A stretch of DNA of 63,387 bases, filler included, from Craspedostauros australis (Eukaryota), in the NCBI GenBank assembly GCA_030167865.1. It is 12 parts of 12 records of this genome, joined end to end, with 100 filler letters (N's around TTAATTAATTAA, not from the genome) between each part and the next. Parts side by side here need not be neighbours in the genome. Positions count along the whole stretch, not along the records: positions 43,782 to 56,097 come from JALAGF010004395.1; positions 56,198 to 60,090 come from JALAGF010004398.1; 10 more parts are not named here. One strand, given 5' to 3'. Below, in pieces: positions 45,517-59,000 of this stretch; the first letter of the stretch is position 1; each line of letters opens with the position of its first letter. Below the pieces are notes generated by a model. The model made no database searches, was not told the DNA's origin, and worked only from the letters and a program-made list of their open reading frames with translations. The translations under genes were made by a program, and so were the position numbers.

Positions 45517-48186
45517 TCACAACTTTTCGAACAGACCAAACAGCTCTTCTTCGCTCTCGCTGTCCTCGTTCTCAGCATCGTCGTTCAGCAATTCGGCCAA
45601 CGCTTGTGCTACGGCAGCCTCCATGTTTGCCTTGGAGTCTGCAGTATTGTTGCCCTCGTTCGTCTTGGCAGCTTCTCTCTGCTCGCCAGTCAATCCATCG
45701 GCCGATGCGTCATCATCGTGCGATTCTTCTTCTTTCTCCGTCATCATAGCACCCTCTTTGCCCGCTCCTTCATTCCTGACGTACGGGTCCAGATCACGCG
45801 CATCAATGACGCAATTCCGTTCTCGGATAGCATCTAGCAAGGCGCCCCAATGGTGGCTGCCTCGCAGCACGGGCTCGTCGCCCACCAATATCAGCCCTCG
45901 CTTCGCTCTTGTGATGGCGACGCACAGCCGTCTCGAATCTCGCAAGAACCCGAGCTCGCCGAACATGTTCGATCTTACTGCGGAGATGATCACAACCTCT
46001 GTTTCTTGCCCCTGGAAGGAATCCACAGTGCCAACACGAACATCGCTGAGCCGATGAAGAGCCAATTGCGACCGTACTTTCTGGACCTGCTTGGCGTACG
46101 GACTGATGACAGCGATATGCTTTGCCTCGACGTCGTTTGCTGTCACAAGATTTTGAACGATCCTCGTCACCAACACTGCTTCTGCCGTGTTAGATTTGCC
46201 ACCGAAACTATGCGTTATCTCCATGTCCGGTCCGACCTGGACGAATGCCAGGTGCTCTCTGCCGCGTTTTGGCCATGGGAATCCTTTGGGTGGTCTGATT
46301 GCTGCGTCCACCGTCTCCTGGGCGCATTTCACAATGCCGTTGTAAAAATACTTCGACGGATGCTCCAGCAACGCCGGTGCCATGCGGTATTGCATTGCGA
46401 GGGTCCGCTGTCCCAGACCGGCCTTCTCCAAACGTGACATCGGGGAGACGCCGAGAGACTTGCGGAGGTGGGACGCCGATATGGTTGGAGGGAGTTGCTG
46501 GGTGTCGCCGACCATCACCATCTGCTCCGCCTTAGCGGCAGCCAGCGCACACACCAATGCAGGCTCCGTTGTTTGCGCGGCTTCGTCCAGGACGACCAGC
46601 GGGAAGCTAAGGTCACTCAAGCGTTGCTCGACGATCTGGTGCGCACCAATGCAACTCGCCACGACCACAGGGGCTATCTGCAGGATGGAAGTCTGAATAT
46701 CTTGGAGCCGCTGCTTGGTTTCGTGCTCTGCCGTGGCACGGACATTGGCTGGAATGCCCATGTCGCGTGCATCCTTGCGTATGCGCTTGAGCTCGGGATG
46801 TCGCTCCGCCAAGGCCACGATCGTGCGATGTTGCACACTCGGATGCACCGATGCTGGCCGCCCGACACGCACCGCAGGCACTCCCATTTGGAGCAACGCG
46901 CTCAACAGAACATCCGCCGCACCATTGCTGTGGGTGACGGCCAAAACTCGCGGCATGCTATCCGCGTCATCACCGTCGCCACCACTGCCGGTATTCCTCT
47001 CATTGTTGCCTCCTCCATTGCGTCCATCGGCGCTATCTGCCTGTTTCTCGTCTCGCGATGTAACCCTTTTGCTGCTGTTACTTGTGCCGTTGCTGTGCTG
47101 CATCTCGTGGAATTTCAGGTACGTTGAGATCATCAAGGCCGCCACCCGGGTCTTCCCTGTTCCTGGTGGACCTCGGATCGACGAGAGGTTGCGCTGGAGC
47201 GACCAAACAATCGCCTGCTTTTGAGATTCGTTCGGGCGGAACGACGTTTGCTCAATGGCTTTCTCCAGTGCATCCTTCCACTGCTGCTGCTGCTTCGAAG
47301 TAGCATCGATGGGGTCGCTGTCGTGGCCATCATCGTCGCTGCTGCTGTGCTGATTCCCGGCCCTCCTCTCGATGTCAGGTAAGGCATGTCGCTGCGACTT
47401 CTGCGTTTTCCCGGGCATCTTGCTCCAACCATCACTGCGAGTATATTGGCCTGCTGCCTCCATCGACTGTATCAGATGATTGACGACCTTGCCTCCATGC
47501 CCCTTCAGGACTTGCTGCAAAGCGGACCGTTGGGCAATCAACGATGCTTCGGGAGCAGTCCGATCCATCCTCACGGGATAAGACTCCGGTAACTTTCGCG
47601 ACTCCCAGAGGCCTTTTGGCCAGGCGGGGCCTGTGCTGACTGTCAGCCATCCCCTTCCAACATCGATCACCAGACACTCCTTCGGTAAAACGTCCAGGTC
47701 TGTTCTCAAGCATGTCAGCAGGAGCATGTCGCCCCTTGAGAACTTTTCCTTCAAATTCACCCACGCGTCTCTTGGCTTGATGATGCGGACGATCTTCTCC
47801 CCCAGCACCTCGGAATCGGGCTCAGCAAATGCATCCAAGATGGCAATTCCAAGCTCCTCCAGTCTGGATCTCGACCATTTCGATTGCCGTTCGCGCAGCT
47901 CCTTCGCCTGATGTTCGTGCTCTTCCAATAAGAGCCGGTCCCAATACGCTGCATAGCTCACGAGGTCGGGGATCGTGCTTCGAGTGGTTGCGCTGAGATG
48001 CGATCTTGATGTTCCGATGATACTGGATGGATTCGAATGGCGCTGCCCTGCGCAATCCAAGCTAGACTTCGGAACAGCCTGGAGAAAGCAGCTCACAAGG
48101 CTGGGGATGAGGAGAAGGCAGAGCACCACCAACGCGACGGCTCCAGCGCGAGTACGTGGGACGAGCAGGCTTCCTTGCGGTCTCAT
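45517..48186 (-). CDS. Superfamily 1B helicase (UPF1/IGHMBP2/DNA2-NAM7-like) with a probable bipartite plastid presequence
   Basis: GPPGTGKT, LDEAAQ, VGDTQQLPP, QYRMAP, TVDSFQGQE and RLCVAITRAKRGL. ATG at 48186 gives a signal peptide ending LVSC|FLQA. Confidence 0.9.
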   Translation of the reverse strand: MRPQGSLLVPRTRAGAVALVVLCLLLIPSLVSCFLQAVPKSSLDCAGQRHSNPSSIIGTSRSHLSATTRSTIPDLVSYAAYWDRLLLEEHEHQAKELRERQSKWSRSRLEELGIAILDAFAEPDSEVLGEKIVRIIKPRDAWVNLKEKFSRGDMLLLTCLRTDLDVLPKECLVIDVGRGWLTVSTGPAWPKGLWESRKLPESYPVRMDRTAPEASLIAQRSALQQVLKGHGGKVVNHLIQSMEAAGQYTRSDGWSKMPGKTQKSQRHALPDIERRAGNQHSSSDDDGHDSDPIDATSKQQQQWKDALEKAIEQTSFRPNESQKQAIVWSLQRNLSSIRGPPGTGKTRVAALMISTYLKFHEMQHSNGTSNSSKRVTSRDEKQADSADGRNGGGNNERNTGSGGDGDDADSMPRVLAVTHSNGAADVLLSALLQMGVPAVRVGRPASVHPSVQHRTIVALAERHPELKRIRKDARDMGIPANVRATAEHETKQRLQDIQTSILQIAPVVVASCIGAHQIVEQRLSDLSFPLVVLDEAAQTTEPALVCALAAAKAEQMVMVGDTQQLPPTISASHLRKSLGVSPMSRLEKAGLGQRTLAMQYRMAPALLEHPSKYFYNGIVKCAQETVDAAIRPPKGFPWPKRGREHLAFVQVGPDMEITHSFGGKSNTAEAVLVTRIVQNLVTANDVEAKHIAVISPYAKQVQKVRSQLALHRLSDVRVGTVDSFQGQETEVVIISAVRSNMFGELGFLRDSRRLCVAITRAKRGLILVGDEPVLRGSHHWGALLDAIRERNCVIDARDLDPYVRNEGAGKEGAMMTEKEEESHDDDASADGLTGEQREAAKTNEGNNTADSKANMEAAVAQALAELLNDDAENEDSESEEELFGLFEKL

Positions 48187-49078
48187 CTCCGCACTTTGCA
48201 GGTCGCTGCGAGACGTGTCACCGAGTCTGCGATTGTGGAGGTTGGATGGCGACAACAACCATCGCAGCACATTGGCAACAGGTTGTGATGGGTTTTGTGC
48301 TGGTTCTGTTCTTTGACGTTCCTGTTGTGGGAGAGTGAGCCAACCTGACGTCACCCATCAAATTGAGCCTAATCAAGTACCTCCCCGGAAAGACACGAAC
48401 CCAGGTACGATCATGAGCTGACATCCCGGGCACACGATTAGTCGTACGCGCAAGCCAAACTACGAGCACGCTACGAGTAGAGGTGGTAGCTACTCGTTCT
48501 ATGGCATAATATAATAGGATGTATGGTGGACCAAGCTGCTGATCATGTATGATAGCGATATTGGCTGTGGTATGTGGCGAATGCGATGTCGACAGTCAGG
48601 AAAGCGGCAGCAAGAAACACTCGCACTCTCTCTAGAGAGGTTGTTGCCAGTCAGAAAACCCTCAGCCGTGCGACGCTACAAGCTCGTATTTGTCATGTGC
48701 ACTACAGTTTGCTATTTGTTCGGTATAATTGTTAAGCTCGCCTTGTCCCCCTTCCCTTCCCTTCCCTTGAAGTTTGCGTTCCTGTCTTTCGATTTGGTAT
48801 CCTCGTGCCGCACAGACCAAGACAGCCGTTTTGGTCGATCCTGCTCCACCATGCGTGTTGGATAATCTCCGATCGTGAGGCACCTGGCTCTTCATTGACC
48901 TTGCTCACCATTTGAATCTGCAGCACTCAAGCCCATGCTCATGATGTGCATCCCTTGCTCCGAATTGCAGTCAGCGCCTTGCGTTGGTCGCCGTTGTCGA
49001 AACTTCAGGATTGCTGTCTATTCAGCGACGGTGATGGATTGATCTTGTCCCACCCAGGCATTGGGCGCACCTCAACCC

Positions 49079-49474
49079 TCACATGCGAGAGCTGAATCTA
49101 TCGCTTCCATCTCGGCTGTTGTTCGCTGGCGCGTCGTCGTTCGTGAAGATGCATGATGCTTCCAGGTCTTCATCGATGATATCTAGAACATCTTGGATGA
49201 TACTTTGCACCGATACATGCTGTAGCTTGTCAGAAGATATTGCTGTGGAAGATCCGATCAGTTCCGTCGTGTCAAAGCCAGTTTGTGCAATTGCCTTGCG
49301 CCGCGGCGGCGATTCCATCCACGATGATGACAGTTGCAATAACAGCGGGTGTGACAGTCGCGAAATCCCACTTTGTTCGCTGCCATCTAACTGTGGAGAC
49401 AGTGGCGGGGACCTATCTGTGTCCCGCAAGATGAAGGCGCAGGGGATCGAAGCTCGAGAGGTTGGTTGGCACAT
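49079..49474 (-). CDS. Small hypothetical protein (~131 aa)
   Basis: ATG after an AC-rich leader; acidic amphipathic C-terminal helix IIQDVLDIIDEDL. No domain recognised. Confidence 0.45.
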   Translation of the reverse strand: MCQPTSRASIPCAFILRDTDRSPPLSPQLDGSEQSGISRLSHPLLLQLSSSWMESPPRRKAIAQTGFDTTELIGSSTAISSDKLQHVSVQSIIQDVLDIIDEDLEASCIFTNDDAPANNSRDGSDRFSSRM

Positions 49475-52400
49475 ACTCGTTATGGGCTGCTTGTCGTGTG
49501 TCTGAATGTGCTCGAGTATGTGCGTTGATGGTTGTGACAGTCGTGATGGTTGTGATGAATGTGATGGCAGTGTTGACTCTCCTTCCTCCCTTTTGCTTGA
49601 AGTCTCTCTTCTCGTTCGCTCTTGTTGTACTGGCACGATGGATGGCGCTATGGTATGTGTCTATCTTCACCCCAACCCTTGCAAAAAGGGCATCCAAAGT
49701 GTTGTATCGTCCAGATAAACTGACCTTGCGACCTTTCCCTGACTGCTCCAATTCGGTTGGCTGTCACGTGGTCGTCTGGTACGCATCTGTGTTGGCAGTG
49801 TTGGTCAAGTACGGTGGCTGGTACGGTGCAGTACAGTACTGCGTATACGAGGTGCGTGCTCTTATCGTACTTGTACAAGTAACTCGTGCGAGGGTACTCG
49901 CGCATGTGGCTCGTGGAGCAGTGTGGTCAGCAACTTCCTTCCCCGATAGTGTCTGCCAACCAAAAAGACGGCATTTTGCAATCACAATTGCGACAGACAC
50001 TCGTGCGTATGGCACGGTACGATCTATGTCACTGTTCGCATCGAAGCCTCTTGTTTGTTTCGCAGGTCACACTGTCTCAATGCAGGATTGTACGTGAATA
50101 GCCACCGCTGCTTTTCGTCGTACGTACGTAGAGCAGCTTCCAATCAACCAATCATCACCACCCACTTCACCCATGAGTGAATTCGCTGGTCCGAGGCAGT
50201 TCTTTCGGTTTCAACCTTACTCGGAGAGAAGAAGTATTGCCATGATGCTCCTCACGAGAGATGCGCACCTCCTGGCACCATGCTCTCACAACAGTGCCCG
50301 GCTTTCCCAACAACTGTGAGTCTGCAGTGTACGGTACTGCAGCGTACCGCAGGAAGACTCGCGCACTCGGCCATCGATCTTGCTCTCGACGGGGTTGAAG
50401 TCGTCGGCTGAGAGTCAGAGCTGCGTCGTTTCGATCTCTTGTCGCGATTGGTGGGTTGGTGTGTACAGCCGAATCGACTTCATCATTGCCCAAGATAGCT
50501 GGGCCTCGCTTCTCCATTTTGCTGCCACATGCGGCCTTCCGGATCGCATCATCTCATCGTGGACGCCATGTCAGCAAGGCAGCGCCTGCTGGGGGCACAA
50601 TCCCAAATCTGTACATCGTTGTGAACGCAGGTATTCGCTTGCGAAAGGCGAGCCATCGCCGCATGAGCGCAATGCAGGATGTAACATTCTGTGATAGACT
50701 GCATCGGTTGCTGGGATTGTGCATCTCATGGCGAGCAATCGAGTTCCCATTCTGAAAGTGCGCAAGCCATAGCGGTGGCCTGCATCCAATGCCATCCAAC
50801 GAATTGATCCTGACACACTTCATGACGACTGACGACGGAGGGCCTACTCCAAGGGTTTGCAATGTCGGAGAGACGACTGTCTTCGCATGAGACCAAAGGT
50901 CTTAGAGATATCAGAGCCACCGAAGTTATCCAAGAAAAGCAATTGGGTCGCAACGTGCCGCTCTGTCGACGATGCAATCATCATGTGTATTCTTGATTTC
51001 ACCCAAACTACCTCCTTGACGTTTGCCACGAGTCAACGAAACATGGCTGCCATCGCAATCTCCAAAACTTCTGCCTTGCGCTCCCTTCTTGGTCCTGCGG
51101 GGTTGACACATCCATGCATCTGAAAGCTGTTGCGTGTCGCGATCCACGTTTGCTGGATACTCCACATCCATCTGCAAAGTATGGCATTCAGAACTGAGTT
51201 GAAGACATCGTGGCATCAGTGACCATCATCGATACCATCCAATCGCCGCCTGATCCGAATGCAGCGTCGCTACTGTGAGTCCATCCATGCAGCTCGATGC
51301 GCCGTGCGACATCTTGTTATGAGCTACGCAGCGCGACCATGTGGTAGGTGCTAGAGTGAGTGTGTTGTTTCATTCGCTTGAAAGCTTGCTCCCACACGAA
51401 TCATTCGCTCTCCGGTAACAGATGCCGCTTGCTGCATGCTGGTATGCTTGCTCTTTCCTTTGCAACATTCCATGAACGGTACATGGCCGTGTCACATCTT
51501 GGAATGCGCAAGTACGATTCCTCATCGCGATGTCAGAGGTTGCCTCAACGGCTGTATGGCGTACGCGTCGGCGATGGCGCAGGCTGTGATACTGCTGATG
51601 ATGGCTGTGGTGGATATGCTTGGCGTCGTGGTAGTGATTGCGTATTCTGCCCACTTACGCACAAAGATGAGGAATCCTGCTGGCCAATAATCTCATGCTC
51701 ACACCCAGTCCATTGGCTGAGCATGAAGAATACCAAAGTGGACGACCAAGGCTGCTCCACAATGCGGTCGATCGGTCTCTGCTTGTTGAGCATGGTGGAG
51801 ATATTGCCGACCGCGTCTCTGTGCGGCTATGCGCCGGATGGATGCGATAGTTGCAACTGCAGGAACCTCTGTCGTCCATGTGCTGCCGTCCATGTGCTGC
51901 CATCCACTGCCGTCAGCAGCACGAAGTTGCCGAATGCACTTGTCGACGAATGGCACCGCAGCCATCGTCATGTCTGTCATTGCACGAGTGCAAGAATTGC
52001 GGCGTCTGCCACCTGAGCCATCCCTCGAACATACTCTCCTCTCCGGGCACCCATGCGCAGCGTTGCAAGCAGAATCGAGCAGAGTAGTACATGTACGAGT
52101 ATGCAATGCGGTAGCACGAATCAAGTAGTCCAAAGCAAGGCGCACTCGAACGATTCCGGAGAGCCTCGTAGGTTTTCCTCGCAAGCCCGATGCACGCCGA
52201 TGCCAATACCGATACAGATGTCCATACTCATAGGTCGTGCTGATGCCGATAGTGATGCTGATGGTAATGCTGATGTCAGTGACTCTGCGGACGAGCTCGG
52301 AGGAAATAGAGCATGTTCCCACTCAAGGGTGCAATTTCTCTACTCTTCGGCAGAGTACTCTCCTCTACCACACCCTGCTCGGCTACATTCTGCTCCATTC

Positions 52401-54151
52401 GTCTGTCCACTCGTAAAGTGTTGAGATCAACCGAAGGTCCCGAGATCCGAACTTTCGATTCCACCCACCACCACCTCCACAGGCACAAGGACTTACCAGC
52501 ATCCTTTTGTTGCGCTCTCAAAGTCACAGAACAAAGCGCGACCTTCTTGCGTCAAGATGATGATACAAATGATAGGCTATAAGTGCAATACTCTGCATGT
52601 AATTCTTCAATCGAGCACAATTGGCCTCCTCCCATGATCTTCCAACATCTGTTGGAAGGCAGTTGGCAGTGGATGCCAGTTTTGGGAGAGTGGCCTTGGC
52701 CGGCTCAAGAGTATTTTACCGATAGAAAGGAGACGACTCCTATGGCCACACAAAGCGACAGAGGCAAACAAATCACAAGAAATTGGGGCCAGAACGATGC
52801 TTGTTGTCGTTGCCATTACCATTGCCTCGCTTTCGTTATCGTTATTGTCGTTTCATGCCCCTGTCGTTATGGCTGTTTCCATGCAGCCGCCCGGCCTGTG
52901 TCCTCGATCATTTCCACTGTCTCAACTTGCGCAACCTCTCGTGGGCACCTGCGAGCCAGGAGCGCTGGTATGCTGACTCCTCCCGTTTTCGACCAAAACA
53001 TGTGGCTGTTCGTGCCATGTGTCGAGGTTCCTTCTGTGTCATTTTCGGTGATACTCCCCTTCGCATTTGTAGGGTCATGAGAGTCGGTGTGAATCTGTTC
53101 GACTTGTGACTAATCTTATCTAGGGTCCCTCATCAGACACTTTGAGTGGCGGTGCGCGCTTGGCGAATAACAAAATCTGCCACCAGAGTAAAATTAGAGC
53201 TGAGAAGCGCGGCCTGGCTTGTCACAGGCGCCACAACAGCGAACAAAGAGAAACTAACAACAACTCCAAAGGCCAACAAGCCTTCTGTCTCCGTGCCATG
53301 GGGTCAATGCAGAGTGCATGCCAATGGGGATTTGGTTGATTCCCAGGGGAGACAGAGAGGAAGATGGAAGATAGAATACACAACAAACAATCAAACAAAC
53401 ATATAGTAATATTATGGAATAGAATGGAGTATACTGTTATTGAATGGATTACACGTAAACGACAGTAAACGGCATGCGAAAATCTCATGCGAATCCAGTG
53501 CTTGTCTTGTTGGCTACTTTGAGGTAATGCCAGAAGGAAGTACTTGGCCTGGCACATAGACCAGGGAGGCATGCATCGCGCCGGCTATCCGAGCACGCGT
53601 ACCTACATGTGCCGATTGAGCCACTTGGCTGCGTACGCAAACAAACCATCAACTGTTTTAGGAACCGCCCATCCATTCAACGATCGTTTGGTATTCCCCT
53701 TGCAACATTTTGCAACAAAATGAGGTTGCGCCATCCAGCCGGCACCAGAACCAAAAACAGAAATGCTTTGGTCTCGGAAGTTGTGGTGGAGCGGTAGCTG
53801 GTCTTGGTTTGGGTCCGTGGGACGTTTGGACACGAGGGGGTGCCCGCGGTTCCTCCTCACGCTGAGCCGACAACACGGCAGTGGACGCCCGTTTCAAAGC
53901 CCCTGGGCACACGATGATGATGCGGCGATACCACACCGCTCTATTTTACTTTACCTTACTCTGCTCTATTTTTACTACGGTTATATAATATAATACAATA
54001 CAGATATATTTTGAAGCACGGGATGGTATTATATAATACTTGTCGCTTCATTTTCCACCACTGAGATGTGACAGATGCGAACAATGTCATCCGCGATCGC
54101 CTGCATCTCTGCCATTGACTGGTCGTGGTGGAGTACTGCAGTGTTTGGTTG

Positions 54152-54160
54152 TGATGATGA

Positions 54161-54193
<33 letters not shown>
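54152..54193. repeat. Compound microsatellite (GAT)n(GGT)n
   Basis: Directly visible in the sequence. Confidence 0.9.
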
Positions 54194-55937
54194 AGCGCGA
54201 CGGAAATACTGATACTGCTGCTGTTCGCTGCTGTCTTCGCAACAGAAATAGCTGGCATGGTAGCGACGCGGTCGGACGAGACTTGGGCTCTTCTGCACGT
54301 ATGATATGCATGGAAGGTGCTTAATTGGCACAAAACAGGCAAACGCGAGCTTCCCAGAAGGTCGTAAAATCCTTGAACAAGTGAGGGTTGGTGATCAACT
54401 GGGAACGTAGTGTGCTGCGTGTTGGAGGGGAATCAGAGGAGAGGAGAGAGAGAGATGGCGGTCAACATCCACTGAATTCGCGCTTTTGTAAAATGCATCA
54501 AACGGGCAAGGATATTTCAATTTCCCGCAACGTCTCTGCGATACATTGCGTTCAATCCACCCAGACTTCGTCACTTCGGTGAGGCAGTCCATTGCTCATA
54601 CACCCACGTCGTCGACTATTCCTCGGTTCAATGATCAATCATACCATGTGTACGATCTATTCGAGTGGAGCGGAGTGCATTTCTCCAGACAGAGAATGCA
54701 TACAAATACGATCTAGATGAGCGGAGCGTGCAATCTTCTTTCCACCCCGCTCGTATTGTTGCGCAAGCTAATATACAGTATGTATCTGATCCGTTGTACT
54801 CTCCAGGCTGCTTCCATCAAACTATGTGTTGGGTACTCGAATTGCCAAACATCTTGCTTCGCACATCTGCAATGACGCGCCACGTTGCCGGTTTCTGTCA
54901 CAACTCTTATCACACGTTCAACGTCAAGGACAAAGCCCAGCATAGGATTGGGGGGTCCAAATATGTCTGAGTCCCTGTCATGTTTCCATGACCACATGTT
55001 TTAGCGCAAGAAAGCCCGTACCAGCCCCACTATTGTTGTTCTATGACCGAGACACCGGCATGACGTCATCGCCACACTCGAACCAACAAAAACGAATTGA
55101 ACATCTCCCCAGTAACACCGTTTCTCACAAAGAAGCAGGTGTCACTTTCAGAATGCAAATGGCGGTTGGAAGCGTTGGTGTCCCAAGAAAGGGAACAAAA
55201 ACTAATGTGGTCGTGCTCCTTGTGCTTTTTACTGCCAGGTGGCACCTCCACACGAGCGTGTTTCACCCTGTGAATTGTGGTCCTCTCTACTGTGTTGTGC
55301 GAGCGTGGTACCGGCATGTGCGAGAAGCCCTCGCGAGGGTATTTGTGGACACGTGTCTCGCTTCTCACCCGCAGTGTACCGTTCAGGTTCGTGAATGCGT
55401 ACATACTGTTCTATCTCTCTTCCTGCCGTCGCACGGCAACTACATACGCCAGAAACAGCGACAAAAACGCCACAGACGGATTGACCGAGGAACAATCGAG
55501 GTGCTCACTGGGCGCTGGAGGAAGGTGACCCCCACCAGGCAAAAGCCACCACCGTCAAGAACAACATGGCCGACCCGACTGAAAATCACGAAAACTGGCA
55601 ACACCCCAACCACCTGACTGGGTTGCTCGGAATGGAGCACTTTGATTTGAGGCAAGACCCGATTCGCCTGTTCTCGGCGCCATCCACTCGTCTGACACAG
55701 CTCGAAACATTCCATGTGGGCGGCCCGCAGCGACATTTGCCGACACACTTTCACAACTCCCGCCAATCACACATTTACAACCGTTGCGCATCATTCACCG
55801 CTCTGAGCCAAAGCTTGGTCGCAAGGAGGAGCAAACCTGAACCTCAGACCTCGACACAATCAATTTTCAAGTGAAGCCAATCGTATTGGAACCATCCGCA
55901 GAAAGCCGTTTCCGCAAGAATCTGACCCAACAGAAGC

Positions 55938-56097
55938 ATGGGCCGCTCAGGCATATCCGACAATGAGGTTGAAATCGAGGTGGAAGAGCAGCTCAATCAG
56001 ATGGACATGGTGTTGTCATTGATGAGACCGGACGAGACCTCGGCGTTCGAGCTGGCATGCAGGACTTCACCGCATCTAATGTCGAGCCGATCCCTGC
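55938..56097 (+). CDS. Possible coding fragment truncated by a gap
   Basis: EQLNQMDMVLSLMRPDETSAFELACRTSPHLM looks helical and loosely resembles the N-terminus of diatom CRAL-TRIO-like proteins. Weak. Confidence 0.25.
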
Positions 56098-59000
56098 NNN
56101 NNNNNNNNNNNNNNNNNNNNNNNNNNNNNNNNNNNNNNNNNTTAATTAATTAANNNNNNNNNNNNNNNNNNNNNNNNNNNNNNNNNNNNNNNNNNNNTGA
56201 GCATGTTGTGCTCACAGTTCTAAAACGGTACAGACTGATAACAGATTAGTCTACTACTATAACCCCGGATTTCCAACAGGTATTGTTGTGATGAATGGAA
56301 GCTCCGAATGGCATACGACCTGCAGATCGTAGTTGATGCACCAACGATAACGCTGGTTGTGGAGTTTTGTTGAGTTTTGTGGGTGATGAGTCGTGTTAAA
56401 GTAGACTAAAATAGAGCACACCCAAAACCATCCAAACAACTAACTGCTTATGATGCTATATCTCGACAACACATCGCTTACAATTAAAACTAAACAGTGT
56501 ATCCGGACGCTTGGCTATCGTTTATTCTGAATATCGAAGTTAAAATTGTATGAACTTTATTTTTAATGTCGTTTTGGCTTGCTGTCTGTCAGGTGGTGAA
56601 TGCCACAAAATTCTGAATGCCACCATGCTGCCCTACCTTCAGCACCCATGATCATCATCATCCAGGCATTCTCGAAATCTGCGCACCACATTAGCTCCAT
56701 ATACCCCCCATATATCCACTCCATGAAGCTCTCCGTGTTGGATGTGCATTGCACACCCCAAAGCCTCCCTGCACTGAAACGCAGAAATTTTGAACACCCG
56801 ATTTAGACGCAGATGCCATTCATATTTGGATCCGTATCTTGTTGATACGATCCTTGCAGCTCCTCTACATGCCCCTCATGCGTTCCCACATTCTCTGGCG
56901 ACACACTGATGTGTTCAGAATGGGTTGGGAGTTCATACCTCCAAAGTTACATCTCCATGTGATGATGCCACCATGGAGTTTTTGCGACATCCCAAACAAA
57001 CCCTTTTGTGTGCATCCCACCTTGCAGCCTCTTCCAGACAATCCAACTCAGAATTTCTTCCATATCCTTGTTCCTGATTTGATTACAAACACATCTGAAA
57101 TGGGTGGCTTGGCGATCTGGGTGACTTGTGAATGGCACCCATCACCAGCGAAGCCACATGATGTTTCTGCTGCCACCCACCAAAACACTCTTGCCCTCCA
57201 CTTGATTCTTGCGGAGGGAACCTTCCAGGCCACCCCCGACCCTCAAACTTTGTGGGCACCTTCATATCATCCTTGTGGATGCGTCTTGCCCATCACTAGT
57301 CGTTGGGATGGCCTGTGCATTCCAGGCGGAGACCATATCCAACCAGCGGATTCTCCTCCGAATGGCGTTGCTTGCGCGTGGGCCTGCCACGGTCCCAAAT
57401 CAAACCACTCTGACAGACCCCTCTTACTCATCCACCAATTTTCCATGGCGGTTCCGCCCATGTGATCATATCTTGCACTGGGCCGCTGGTTGCCGCAGTG
57501 CCGATGATGCCGTTCGACGGCGCTTGAGGAGTTTTGTTGTGTTTCTCCCTTGTCGTGTTGTTGTGTTGTGTTTGGTGTTCTCATTCAGTTTTTGCTGTTG
57601 GGGGGCAGGGAGATTAACCACAATTCTACCGAATGTGCCCATCAATGGGAACACTTTGCGAGTCCCGAATTGCGAATCCATTCCACAACACCAAAACTAT
57701 CCTCACAAAGTGGACAACGGAAACACTGCGCATCTCGAACCAGCTGCTCTTGATTCTCTGCTGCTTGCAGTTATAGCTTGTACAACAATGTAGAATGACT
57801 GTGACCCTCCCACATGGGAGAGAGCGGACAACACAATGCACCTTGTGACCATCCTCCAATGTTGCCCATGCCCCCCTGTGATGCACTGCGCTGTGCTGTG
57901 CTTCGACGGCTGATGATGCAGTGCGCTGCGTTGCTGTCCTCGTGCTTCTGGTGTGTGTTGCGACACGCCTTTCAACTTAACTGCAGCCCCCATCAACACA
58001 GTACACATCATCCTGCAATCACTGTGATCTTCAGCTCGCAAGCATGATGCTCGCTGGTGACTATGTGAAGGTGACATCCCACACGGACTCACGTGACAGG
58101 GTTCATGACCTTGGTGTGTGTCATGTCCAGTTGCTGATGAAGCTGAATGTTGAGGGCGCTACCATCAAACGTGATGGACCTCTTGCACCAGGAGAGGTGG
58201 CAATGGTCATGGTGACCCCAGTGATGTCCAGAGGGCACATGTACATTGTTCGTGAGGATCTGTGCAAACCACATAGCTGTCGAGATGTACATGTGAGTAT
58301 ATGTCGAGATATACGTATATATGTGCATCGTTCACCCGCTATTCTCTCATACGCACTTGGACGGTATAACTACACTCATGTCAATAGTATGCTGTGATTC
58401 GTCAGAATTACAGTGGAAATGGAACACACGAAAATGAGCAGAATTTCTGGAGGAAATCTGCAATCGACGATTTCTGAGAGAATTGGAAATATCGTCCGTC
58501 CATCCATCAATGGTACCGAGAGAATCTCGAGGTACTTCCCAACTAAACCTCAGATGACGATATCATCTGACAGACTGCTGCATCACCAATGGAATGTGAC
58601 ATCTGGAGAGCAGAAGGACGCCTACTGACGTCGACAGGATGTCATCATGTCACCACGTTGACATCTGTCTCCAAGTCAGAGCAGGAGGCGAGGATCCGAT
58701 GACCGAAGGGCATCGAGATCATGGATACAGGAGATGAACTTCAAATGGTAAGTACTCATGGAGTAGGAACCAGTACTGAATGAACGGAGTGTCGAATGCG
58801 GAGTACGCATCGAACACGGAGCATGGTGTAGCACGAAGTACACGATGCTGAGACAGAGAGAGAGAGAGAGAGAATATGAAGAGCAGTGAGAGAGCATCTC
58901 GCACACCAACTCATAGTTGGAGACCGAATCTACAAAACAGATTGAAGCGCCGAGAGCATCGGGCAAGAGAACGAACGGACACCGAGAGGATCGGAGTGCC

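Noticed and set aside
50167..55900. Many short overlapping ORFs
   Set aside because: No recognisable motifs or consistent exon structure; cannot be supported as genes without transcript data.
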